63,072 bases of DNA from Candidatus Dormiibacterota bacterium (GTDB lineage: Bacteria > Eisenbacteria > RBG-16-71-46 > SZUA-252): assembly GCA_035635575.1 (NCBI GenBank), contig DASQAV010000008.1:1-63072 (forward strand). Direction: 5' to 3'. This document shows, piece by piece, positions 19,378 through 27,575 of the stretch (position 1 is the first letter of the stretch; every line of letters begins with the position of its first letter). Both the position numbers and the translations under genes were made by a program. The notes below the pieces were generated by a model. The model saw only the letters and a list, made by a program, of their open reading frames with translations. It was not told the origin of the DNA and ran no database searches.

Positions 19378-19814
19378 AGGAGAAGCTCTCCCGCCATGTC
19401 CTCATAGCTCCGGCTCGAGGATTTCAGATATTCCTCGAACTGCGCCGGATCCCAGATCTCGAGATGATCGATGACGCCGTTCACCATGGCTTCCTTCGTG
19501 AGCCGCGCGTGCGCAAGAAGCCGCGGCGGGATGGCGACGCGTCCCTGCGCGTCGAGCGTGGCGTCGTCGGAATCCATCGTCATGGTCCGGAGGAACCGGC
19601 GGTTGGTCTCGTCGTAGAAGGAGCGGGAGCGCAACCGCTCCTCCATCCTCTTCCACTCGTCCTGGGGATAGATCGCGACGCACGTCTCGAGACCGCGGAC
19701 GATGACGAACGTGGCGGAGGCCCTCCCCGATAGCGACTTGCGAAAGCGCGCCGGAATGCTGACGCGACCCTTGTGGTCGATGGAGTGCTGATAGCTTCCC
19801 CGAAAAGTCGCCAT
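19374..19814 (-). CDS. mraZ: transcriptional regulator MraZ
   Basis: Two SpoVT/AbrB-like halves: DHKGRVSIPARFRK and DAQGRVAIPPRLL. First gene of the dcw cluster. Confidence 0.95.
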   Translation of the reverse strand: MATFRGSYQHSIDHKGRVSIPARFRKSLSGRASATFVIVRGLETCVAIYPQDEWKRMEERLRSRSFYDETNRRFLRTMTMDSDDATLDAQGRVAIPPRLLAHARLTKEAMVNGVIDHLEIWDPAQFEEYLKSSSRSYEDMAGELLL

Positions 19815-19884
19815 TCGGTCGTTCCGTTTGGTCCCTGGGTTACTTCAGAGGATGTTCTCGGGAGAAACGGGCCTTCACCGCTTT

Positions 19885-19931
19885 CCCCACGATTCCCCAC
19901 AAATCACCACCGCGGGACCCTAACGCCCCAC
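19885..19931 (-). promoter_or_regulatory. MraZ-type operator: direct GTGGGG/GTGGTG repeats at 10-bp phasing
   Basis: Plus-strand CCCCAC at 19885-19890 and 19895-19900, CACCAC at 19905-19910 (exact 10-bp period), and a fourth CCCCAC at 19926-19931 inside the promoter spacer. On the mraZ strand these read GTGGGG. Confidence 0.55.
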
Positions 19932-19945
19932 CAAGTGGGTGTCAA
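19917..19945 (-). promoter_or_regulatory. candidate Pmra promoter (TTGACA-17 nt-TAGGGT)
   Basis: On the minus strand: -35 TTGACA (19945-19940), 17-nt spacer, -10 TAGGGT (19922-19917), about 100 nt upstream of the mraZ ATG. This is the only sizeable intergenic gap on this strand between 2977 and 31914. Confidence 0.45.
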
Positions 19946-20026
19946 GGCGTTTTCATGAGATGCGAGAAAATTTATTACGTTGAAGCGCTTCGGGTTGCGG
20001 GGTGCCTGACGGGGTGGGGAGAGGAG

Positions 20027-21376
20027 CTACTTTCGAGCAGTCGCGGAGGCGATTTCTTCCAGGATTCCCGCTGCCTGGGAAGCCAGGTTCCTGCGCTCCC
20101 ACGAGGCGAGCCGGTCCGGGGGAATCGGGACCGCCTGATCCTTCCCGGCTCGCCAGGCCTCAAGCTGATTTTCGAGAGCCGCGGCGACCGCGTCCGTGTC
20201 GCCCGGACGGAAGACGATTCCCGCCGCGGTGCTGCGGATGAGATCGGCGGCAGGCCCCTCGTCCAGGATCGCGATCACGGGACGTCCGCTGCTCAGGTAT
20301 TCGTAGATCTTCCCCGTGTAGAGGAGCGCGTCCGCGGCTCCCCCGTGCCCGAGGAGAAGGAGGGCCGAAGCGCGGCTCATCTCGGCGAGCGATTCGATGT
20401 GGGGTCGCGAGGGCTGGATCTCGAGCACGGGGCCCAGCCCGTAGCCTGCCTCCTCCTGCGTGCCGATCTCCTCGTTTCCGCCCAGAAACCGGAGCCTGAG
20501 ATCGCGGGCTGCTGCCGGATCCCGCTCCACCGCGCGCCGCGCGGCATCGAGGAGCGTGTGCACGGTGGGGCGGTGCGCCAGCTGCCCCGCATGGAGGAGC
20601 ACGAAGGCGCGTTCCGGCGAACGATCGGGCCCGCGCGCGCCCGAGCTGCGATCCTCCCCCCACAACGCGCGGCGCCAGTCGTCGGAATCGAATCCGTTGG
20701 GCAGGTACACGAACCGCGAGGGATCCACCTCGGGATAGCGCTTGCGATACATCGCCACCAGCGCCTCGCTCACGAGCGTCACGCGGTCGGCGGCGTGGAT
20801 GACGCGCCCCTCCATCGCCCGGTGCCGGGCCTCGTGCCAGGGGGTCGGAGACCGGTACGTGACGCGCCCCACCCATGGATCGCGAAAGTCCGCCACCCAG
20901 GGAACGTGATGCTTCTTCCGGAGCGCAAGCCCCGCGAGGTGCGCGCTCTCGGGGGAGGAGGTGGTCCACAGGGCGTCGATCCCGCCCTCCCGAAGGCGCG
21001 CGTCACCGGCGCGAAGTGCGGCCTGGGACCAGCCGCGGTACGCGTCGGGAAGGAACATCCAGCGCTGGAGCGAGCGCAGCGCCTTGAAGGCGCCCGCGCG
21101 CCGGGCTCCCTGCGCCTCCTGGACCGGGAATCCCGCCCGGGCGAGCGCGAGGAGAATCTTCCCCGCGGTCATCCCACCCACGCGCAGCACCTCCGCGCTG
21201 CGCGGAATCTCCTCGAGCAGCGTGGGGTCGAGGATCCAGTAGTCCTGATCGCGCGTCGTGACGACGGTGGATCGCCAGCCGCAGGGCTCGAGATAGCGCA
21301 CGAGCTTGAGCGTGCGCTGGCATCCGCCTCCTCCGAGCGGCGGGAAGAAGTAGGCGAGGACCAGGACCCGCTTCAG
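20027..21376 (-). CDS. GT4-like glycosyltransferase (start codon uncertain)
   Basis: KRVLVLAYFFPPLGGGGCQRTLKLVRYL N-terminal GT-B motif and a C-terminal nucleotide-sugar half. No ATG/GTG/TTG lies near the homologous N-terminus. CTG at 21376 overlaps the upstream stop (CTGA). The next canonical start (GTG 21301) would delete the Gly-rich motif. Confidence 0.75.
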   Translation of the reverse strand: MKRVLVLAYFFPPLGGGGCQRTLKLVRYLEPCGWRSTVVTTRDQDYWILDPTLLEEIPRSAEVLRVGGMTAGKILLALARAGFPVQEAQGARRAGAFKALRSLQRWMFLPDAYRGWSQAALRAGDARLREGGIDALWTTSSPESAHLAGLALRKKHHVPWVADFRDPWVGRVTYRSPTPWHEARHRAMEGRVIHAADRVTLVSEALVAMYRKRYPEVDPSRFVYLPNGFDSDDWRRALWGEDRSSGARGPDRSPERAFVLLHAGQLAHRPTVHTLLDAARRAVERDPAAARDLRLRFLGGNEEIGTQEEAGYGLGPVLEIQPSRPHIESLAEMSRASALLLLGHGGAADALLYTGKIYEYLSSGRPVIAILDEGPAADLIRSTAAGIVFRPGDTDAVAAALENQLEAWRAGKDQAVPIPPDRLASWERRNLASQAAGILEEIASATARK

Positions 21377-22449
21377 GCGCTCCTCCCCGACGCGAGTGCC
21401 TGGAGGCGCGCGTCGAGCTCCGCCAGCGTGTCCGCGAAGGAGCCGCGATCCAGGACGCGGGCGCGCGCCCGCGCGCGCATCGCGCCCGATTCCGGATCGG
21501 TGGCGCTCTCCTGGATCGCGCACGCGAGCGCCTCCGCGTCCCCCACCGGCACGAGGTAGCCCTCGCGGCGGTGGGTCACCCATTCTCGATTTCCGGCGAT
21601 GTCGGTCACGATGGGAAGGAGGCCCGACGACATGGCTTCGAGGAGCGATTGCGAGGTCGAGTCGGAGCGGGAGATGGAGACGTAGCGGTCGGCGCTCCGG
21701 TAGAGCTCGCGGAGCCGGTCCTCGCCCACGAATCCTTCCAGCGAGACGTCCCCCGCGATGCCCTCCTCGCGGATCCACGTCTCGACACTCGGGCGAAGCG
21801 GCCCGCTCCCCGCCATCGTGGCGCGGAACGGAAACGCGCGGCGTTTCAGAAGTCCGAGCGCGCGCACGAAGGTCTCGGGGTCGTACACGGCCTCGAGCTG
21901 CCGCGTCCAGAGGATCCGGAGCGGACCCTGGCCGGCGCGCGCCGCCGCCACGCCGTCGGGATGAAACGCGGCGGTGTCCACGCCCCAGGCGCGCGTCCAG
22001 ACGCTCCGGGGATCCGCCCCCAGCTCCACCGCCGCCTCCGAGAGATTCGCAGCGTCCACGTGGATCATGGGAGCTTTGCGCAGCACGAACCGCGCGCGCG
22101 CGCGATGAAACGGAGTGCGCCTCGCGTTCACGAGGAGATCCGAGCCCCAGCACGAAAGGAGCCACGGGCGCGCTCCCGCGAGCACGGCGAGGAGGCCGTA
22201 GTTGGGAAGGAAATGCGCGATGGTCACGTCGGGGCGGAATTCCAGGAGCCCGCGGCGGACGTCCTGCACCGCGCTCAGGTAGCGCAGCGCCTTCACGGGC
22301 CAGGGACGCCCCACCACGCGCGTCGGCACGCCCGCGTCCTTGGCCTCGTGCGCGGTGAGCAGCAGCACGTCGTGCCCACGCGAGCGATAGGCCGCGGCCC
22401 AGCGGCGCGTGTGGATCGACGGGCCGTGCGCGAGGAGGAGGATGCGCAC
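21373..22449 (-). CDS. GT4 glycosyltransferase
   Basis: GTG 22449 gives MRILLLAHGPSIHTRRW. EX7E-type region SQSLLEAMSSGLLPIVTDIAGNREWVTHRREGYLV. Confidence 0.8.
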   Translation of the reverse strand: MRILLLAHGPSIHTRRWAAAYRSRGHDVLLLTAHEAKDAGVPTRVVGRPWPVKALRYLSAVQDVRRGLLEFRPDVTIAHFLPNYGLLAVLAGARPWLLSCWGSDLLVNARRTPFHRARARFVLRKAPMIHVDAANLSEAAVELGADPRSVWTRAWGVDTAAFHPDGVAAARAGQGPLRILWTRQLEAVYDPETFVRALGLLKRRAFPFRATMAGSGPLRPSVETWIREEGIAGDVSLEGFVGEDRLRELYRSADRYVSISRSDSTSQSLLEAMSSGLLPIVTDIAGNREWVTHRREGYLVPVGDAEALACAIQESATDPESGAMRARARARVLDRGSFADTLAELDARLQALASGRSA

Positions 22450-22457
22450 GGAGCGCT

Positions 22458-23432
22458 TCAGCCCCGAAGCTTCCGGTGGACCGAGCTCCTTCGCCCCGCG
22501 ACGGCGAGAGGTCTCGGGACGGCGCCCCAGCTCTCCTTGAACCGGATCAGGCCCGCCGCGTCGTGCGGCGACGCGCCGAAGTTGTATTCCACGTAGCCGG
22601 CCCCGCAGAGCGTCTCGAGCGTGCGCGCGATGAGGAAGTTGTTCGGTCTCAGATGCCAGCTCGACTCGAGCGAGACGGGAAGCCAGTTCATCGCCACCCC
22701 CTCGTGGAAGAGATGCAGGCTCCCGGCGATCGGGCGGTCCCCGTGGTGCACGAGGTGGTATCGCGCGAGCCCCTTCGGCACCAGCTCCCGGTGGATTCTC
22801 CCGTAGAGCGAGTAGGGCTTGGGATTTCCCCCTCTCCGGCGCACGGTGCGCAACGCCAGATCGTAGAAGGCCCGCACGTCCTCCTCCCCCGAGGCCGCGC
22901 GGATCGTGAGGCCGCTCTCTTCGGCCTGCCGCACGAGGCGGCGGGCCGAAGGATGGAAGCCGCGCGCCAGCGCCTCGAAGTCCAGGGAGAGGGGAAGGAC
23001 GTGTGTGAAGCTCTCCGATGGCCGGAGTGCCTCGGGGATCTCGGGGACCGATCCCTGATACCAGGTCATCTCGGAGCGCAGCGTCCACCGGCTTCCGGCG
23101 CGCCGCGCGAACGCTTCCAGGAGCTCGGCGCGGGCGGACACGGGATCGGAGAGACCTTGCCGGAGAATGGGACCCCCATACGTCCCGTACGGCATCGAGA
23201 ACACCGTGCGCCCGATGCCGCGATTTCTCACGATCGCCGGGATCCCCGCCGCATAGCCCGCGTCGTCCTGGATCACGAACGCGACCCAGCGGGCGCCGCG
23301 CCACTCCTGGAGCCAGAGCTCCGCCCACGCGGAGGTGTGGAAGACGGTCGCTTCGAGGGCGCTCGCCACGAGCGCGTCCCACGCGGCGCGATCCGGCGGC
23401 GCGAGGACCTGGACCCGGGACTGGACCTTCAC
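22458..23432 (-). CDS. FemAB-like / GNAT (Acetyltransf_6-type) acyltransferase
   Basis: 324 aa. ...FHTSAWAELW...RYHLVHHGDRPIAGSLHLFHEGVAMNWLPVS...NNFLIARTLETLCGAGYVEYNFGAS...GLIRFKESWGA resembles the FemX/CelD-like family. GTG 23432 overlaps the upstream stop (GTGA). Confidence 0.7.
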   Translation of the reverse strand: MKVQSRVQVLAPPDRAAWDALVASALEATVFHTSAWAELWLQEWRGARWVAFVIQDDAGYAAGIPAIVRNRGIGRTVFSMPYGTYGGPILRQGLSDPVSARAELLEAFARRAGSRWTLRSEMTWYQGSVPEIPEALRPSESFTHVLPLSLDFEALARGFHPSARRLVRQAEESGLTIRAASGEEDVRAFYDLALRTVRRRGGNPKPYSLYGRIHRELVPKGLARYHLVHHGDRPIAGSLHLFHEGVAMNWLPVSLESSWHLRPNNFLIARTLETLCGAGYVEYNFGASPHDAAGLIRFKESWGAVPRPLAVAGRRSSVHRKLRG

Positions 23433-25606
23433 CGCACCACGGCCGCGCGAAGCGTCTTGGAGCGGGTCTTGTCGTGGAGGACGATCAGATAGACCCCGGA
23501 GGGAGCGGGCTCGCCGCTCGCCGCGCGCAGATCCCAGATCTCGTTCTGGGCGGGATCGCACCGGAACCGGTGCACGAGATTCCCCGCGAGGTCGAACACC
23601 TCGCCCGTGAGCGCGTTTTGGATTCCACCGATGCGGAGCGTTCCCTGGGCTCGCGAGGGATTGGGGAACACGAACGCCTGGTCGGTGATCCCCGGCGTTC
23701 CCGCTCCGCTCGGGACCACGCGCGAGATCCCGTGCGCGGTGCCCACCCACAAAGCACCGCGCGCCGCGTCCCAGGCGAGCGCCCGGATATCGTCGTCGAC
23801 CAGCCCCTGCTCCGTCGTGAACACCTCGATCCGTCCGCCGCCGGAAGCATCCGCGCGCGCGAGCCCGGAGGAGGTCCCGATCCAGAGATTCCCATTCGTG
23901 TCGAGGGCGAGATCGTTCACCTGGGCACTCGGGAGTCCGGGCCCGCCAGAGGAAGGAGCGACGGTCAGGAGGCGCCCGAACACTCCGCTCTGGATGCGGC
24001 CCGCGCCCAGCGCCGTCCCGACCCACGCCGTGAGCGGATCGATCACGGCGATCGAGGACACCTGGTTGTCCGGCTGGGCCGCGTAGTGCACCCAGAGGTC
24101 GTCCGCGTGCGTGAGCGTGCCGCGGCCGTCCCAGGTATCCAGGCCGTTCACGCTCCCGAACCATCCCTTCCCCGCGGAATCGAACCGCACCCCCCTCAGA
24201 TTGTTGCTGCGGATTCCGGAATTCGCCGGCGTGAGGGAGTCGAGGCGCGCTCCGCTCTGGGCATCGAAGACATAGACGCCGTTCTCGAGCTGCACGCCTC
24301 CGGCATAAATGAGCCCCGAGGGGGATTGTGCGAAGGCGAAGATATTGTTGGCGGGAGGCAGATCCCAGATGCCGGTCGCCGGATCGTACCGGTCGATCCG
24401 GGGCCGCGGCGTCCCGTCCGCGCAGCAGTGCCCGATCCAGATCCGCTCGCTCGAATCCGAGAAGATTCCGAAGGCGTCGGCCTCCTGGAAGGCGAATCCG
24501 GTCGTGCGGCCCGTGAGCGCGCTCCACGAAGCTCCATCGAAATGAAGCACCACACCGCGCGCGGTGCCCGCGGGGAAATCGTTCCCGGTGGTGAACCAGA
24601 CTCCTCGTGAGTCGGTGACCGCTCTCTGGGTTCCGTTCACCAGAGGTCCGTCGCTCAGATGGGGCTTCCAGACCGAGCTCCCGGAAGGAAGACGGGCCGC
24701 GCCGCCCGAGGTTCCGGCCCAGAGCGCCCCGTCCGGACCGTCCTGGAGCGCGCTCACGCCCAGGGTCGGAAGTCCGGCCCCCACGGACTGCCAGTCGCCC
24801 GCCGCATATCGATAGACTCCAACCCCGGCCGACCCCGAGAAGAATCCCAAGGTACTCTCCACCAGAACCTGGCTCGGAAACGTATGCCCGGAGTTCACGG
24901 GCTGGAACACGCCGCTCTCGTACCGGTACGGCCCGAGCGACGTCGCGGCCCACAAGGTATCCGCGTGCAGGACGAGCGAAGTCGTGGAGAGGGAAAGCGC
25001 CGGCGTGCGGTTCTGCCAGACACCACCCGCGAAGCTGGAGAGCCCGGTCGTCGTCGCCACCCAGAGCGTGTCCTGGACTTGGAGGAACGCACGCACGTCG
25101 TCGCCGGCGAGGGCGCCGGAGGTGGTCGCGTTCGTGAAGGCGCGCGTCAGGCCGATCTGGCCGGTGCCGGGATTCTCCGTGAAGAGGGCCGCGCCTCCGC
25201 TGGTGCCGACCCACACCGAGTCGCCTCGCGTGTAGAGGGCCTGCACGCGATCGGACGGAAGCCCGTCGAAGGAGCTGAGGGGGCGCCGGAAGGTTCCATC
25301 CGGACGGAGCCTCGCGATTCCCTCGTCCGCGGTTCCCGCCCAGAGCATCCCCGACGGGGAGACCTCCACCGAAAGCACGCGATTGGAGGGAAGCCCGCCC
25401 GGGGAGCGCAGGATCTTGGCGATGGCGCCGGAGGTAGGGTCGATGGTGACGACCCCTCCCAACGTTCCCATCGTAACGAGTCCTCTCCACGTCGTGACCG
25501 ACTGGATCTCATTCGAGTTCACGTAATTCTTCACGAAGAGGGTGGTCTGGGCGTCCGCCGCGCCCGTCCAGGCGAGCGGGAGCGCGAGGAAGCAGAGGAC
25601 TTTCAT
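23429..25606 (-). CDS. secreted multi-blade beta-propeller (Reg_prop-like repeats) with T9SS/FlgD-Ig-type C-terminal domain
   Basis: Signal peptide MKVLCFLALPLAWTGAADAQ. At least 11 repeats of the xWxGTxxGxxR type (LWAGTADEGIARL, VWVGTSGGAALF, LWIGTSSGLARA...). C-terminus is FVFPNPSRAQGTLRI...SGVYLIVLHDKTRSKTLRAAVVR. Confidence 0.8.
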   Translation of the reverse strand: MKVLCFLALPLAWTGAADAQTTLFVKNYVNSNEIQSVTTWRGLVTMGTLGGVVTIDPTSGAIAKILRSPGGLPSNRVLSVEVSPSGMLWAGTADEGIARLRPDGTFRRPLSSFDGLPSDRVQALYTRGDSVWVGTSGGAALFTENPGTGQIGLTRAFTNATTSGALAGDDVRAFLQVQDTLWVATTTGLSSFAGGVWQNRTPALSLSTTSLVLHADTLWAATSLGPYRYESGVFQPVNSGHTFPSQVLVESTLGFFSGSAGVGVYRYAAGDWQSVGAGLPTLGVSALQDGPDGALWAGTSGGAARLPSGSSVWKPHLSDGPLVNGTQRAVTDSRGVWFTTGNDFPAGTARGVVLHFDGASWSALTGRTTGFAFQEADAFGIFSDSSERIWIGHCCADGTPRPRIDRYDPATGIWDLPPANNIFAFAQSPSGLIYAGGVQLENGVYVFDAQSGARLDSLTPANSGIRSNNLRGVRFDSAGKGWFGSVNGLDTWDGRGTLTHADDLWVHYAAQPDNQVSSIAVIDPLTAWVGTALGAGRIQSGVFGRLLTVAPSSGGPGLPSAQVNDLALDTNGNLWIGTSSGLARADASGGGRIEVFTTEQGLVDDDIRALAWDAARGALWVGTAHGISRVVPSGAGTPGITDQAFVFPNPSRAQGTLRIGGIQNALTGEVFDLAGNLVHRFRCDPAQNEIWDLRAASGEPAPSGVYLIVLHDKTRSKTLRAAVVR

Positions 25607-25617
25607 CGACGCGCGGA

Positions 25618-27564
25618 TCACGGAACGCTCCTGCCGGTCGCGCGCAGGAAGACGCGCAGGTCCTCGGCCAGCGAGAAGCGCCGGAGATACGCCAGATCCG
25701 CCGCCACCCTCGCCATCGGATCGCCCGTGCTGCCGTTCGGCGGCGTCACGACGCCGGGACGCAGGGACTCGAGCGCGAGCCGGGCCCAGCCCGGAACGTC
25801 CGCCCATCGCTCCGTCTCGTAGGCGCTGCGCCCGACCCAGCTCAGGCTCCCCGACCAGACGCGTCCCCAGGCCTCCGCGGGTCCGTACGCCGCGCCGTGG
25901 CTCCGGAGGTAGGAGCGCAGGGCGCCCCAGCGGAAGGGCGCGACGAAGATGGAGAGCAAGAGATCGCTCGCGCGCTTGCGCGCGCGCACCGAGAGCCCGC
26001 GGCTCGGGGCGTGGAGGAGAACGGCGCGCACCGTGCCGAGGGTGCTCAGATGCTCCTCGGCGGCGAGCTGGGCGACGGAGCCCGCCCAGTAGAGCGCCGC
26101 GCCGGAATCGCGGAGCATGGCGGCCGCCGCGAGGAGGTACGGCACCTCGGAGGGCTCCGGCGCGACGCACACGATCTGGATCCGCTCGCTCTCCACGAGC
26201 GCGCGCAGGCGCGCCGCCGCCGTTTCCGGAGACTCTTCTGGATCGGCGGGGGCCCGGGTGAGCAGCGGCTCGAACCCCTCTGCCCGCGCGCGCTCCAGCG
26301 CTCCGCGCACGCGCTCCGCCTCGCCGCCCTGGCCCACGACCAGGACGCGGCGGAACGCGAAGCCCTGGCGGCGCGCTCCTTCCCCCAGCCTTCCCACGGC
26401 CGAGCGCGTGCCGAGGAGGAACGCGTAGAGAATCGGCGCGAGCAGGAGCACCAGCACGCGCGAGTAGCGCGGCGTCTGGAAGAGGAAGGTCGCGGCCATG
26501 AGGAAGAGCACCGCCTGCAGGGTGGCCTGGCCGATGGAGAACGCCCGCTCGATCGAGTCCACGAACGTGGTTCTCCGGTAGAGGCCGTTCGCCGCCATGG
26601 CCGCCACCGTCACCGCGATCGTGAAGAAAAGAAGCCCGCCGTAGCTCGGGAGCGGAAAGACCGGCTTCTCGAAGAGCCCGTCCAGGGAAGCGCGGATCCC
26701 GTAGGCCGCGAGGAAGGCCAGCACCGCGGCCAGGACGTCGGTGACGAGAGCGGCGAGGGAGAGAATGCGTCCGCGGAATCGGCTCACGGCGTAGAGAACG
26801 GCGCTCCACTTCTCCGCGAAGCGGAGAAGGCCGGCCGCGTGGGCACGGATCGAGCGCGCGCTGAGCTGCGCGCTCCCACGGGCGTACTCGTGGACCATCG
26901 TGGCCTCGGCGCAATAGAGCACCTCGTACCCGTGGCGCCACATCCGCTGGCACCAGTCCACGTCCTCGAAATACAGGAAGTAGCGCTCATCCATCAACCC
27001 CACGTCGCGCACCGCGCGCTTCCGGGCGAGCATCGCCGCCCCCAGGACCCAGTCCACCGTGCGCGTGTCGGCGTGGTCCCAATCGGTCATGAGATGGTTC
27101 CGGAGGGCGCGGCTCATGGCGGCATAGGGCCCGAGCGGCGCCCGCCGCAAAAGGAGGGTCTTCCAATTGTAGAAGCGGCGGGCGGAAAGCTGAAGCGTTC
27201 CGTCCGCGTTCAGGAGCTTGGGAGCCAGGATGCCCGCCCGGGGATGCTCGTCCGCGCAGCGCTCGAGCGCCTCGATGGAGCCGGGCCGGACCAGGATATC
27301 CGGGTTCAGGATGAGAACCCGGTCCTCCCGTGCCGCCCGGATACCCTCATTCACCCCGCGCGCATACCCCAGGTTCCGCCCCGGCTGGAGCACGCGGGCC
27401 GGCCACGGCAAATCGTGCTGTAGGAGGTCCTCGATCGGCTCCCCCGAATTGTTCACGACCAGGAGCTCGCGCACGGGCGAGGGGCGGCTCTCGCGAAGCG
27501 ACTGGAGCAGACGCGTGAGTGCCGGACGGGTGTGGTAGTGGACGACGACGAGCGACAGGGACAT
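25618..27564 (-). CDS. fusion protein: N-terminal GT2 (rhamnosyltransferase-like) plus WbaP-like TM/Rossmann scaffold with truncated phosphoglycosyltransferase domain
   Basis: N-terminal LVVVHYHTRP...VVNNSGEP...YFEDVDWCQRM (GT2). Then four hydrophobic helices and RRVLVVGQGGEAERV (CoA-binding-like). Then KRASDLLLSIFVAPF...SLSWVGRS...DLAYLRRFSLAEDLRVFLRAT, which resembles the sugar-transferase domain ends but lacks the KFRSM/DELPQ core. Confidence 0.8.
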   Translation of the reverse strand: MSLSLVVVHYHTRPALTRLLQSLRESRPSPVRELLVVNNSGEPIEDLLQHDLPWPARVLQPGRNLGYARGVNEGIRAAREDRVLILNPDILVRPGSIEALERCADEHPRAGILAPKLLNADGTLQLSARRFYNWKTLLLRRAPLGPYAAMSRALRNHLMTDWDHADTRTVDWVLGAAMLARKRAVRDVGLMDERYFLYFEDVDWCQRMWRHGYEVLYCAEATMVHEYARGSAQLSARSIRAHAAGLLRFAEKWSAVLYAVSRFRGRILSLAALVTDVLAAVLAFLAAYGIRASLDGLFEKPVFPLPSYGGLLFFTIAVTVAAMAANGLYRRTTFVDSIERAFSIGQATLQAVLFLMAATFLFQTPRYSRVLVLLLAPILYAFLLGTRSAVGRLGEGARRQGFAFRRVLVVGQGGEAERVRGALERARAEGFEPLLTRAPADPEESPETAAARLRALVESERIQIVCVAPEPSEVPYLLAAAAMLRDSGAALYWAGSVAQLAAEEHLSTLGTVRAVLLHAPSRGLSVRARKRASDLLLSIFVAPFRWGALRSYLRSHGAAYGPAEAWGRVWSGSLSWVGRSAYETERWADVPGWARLALESLRPGVVTPPNGSTGDPMARVAADLAYLRRFSLAEDLRVFLRATGRSVP

Positions 27565-27575
27565 GGAAGCTCCGC

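Noticed and set aside
19955-20026. Possible terminator, or an extra inverted MraZ box (GGGGTGGGG at 20013-20021), after the glycosyltransferase operon.
   Set aside because: No stable stem-loop can be drawn. A single inverted box is not phased with the others.
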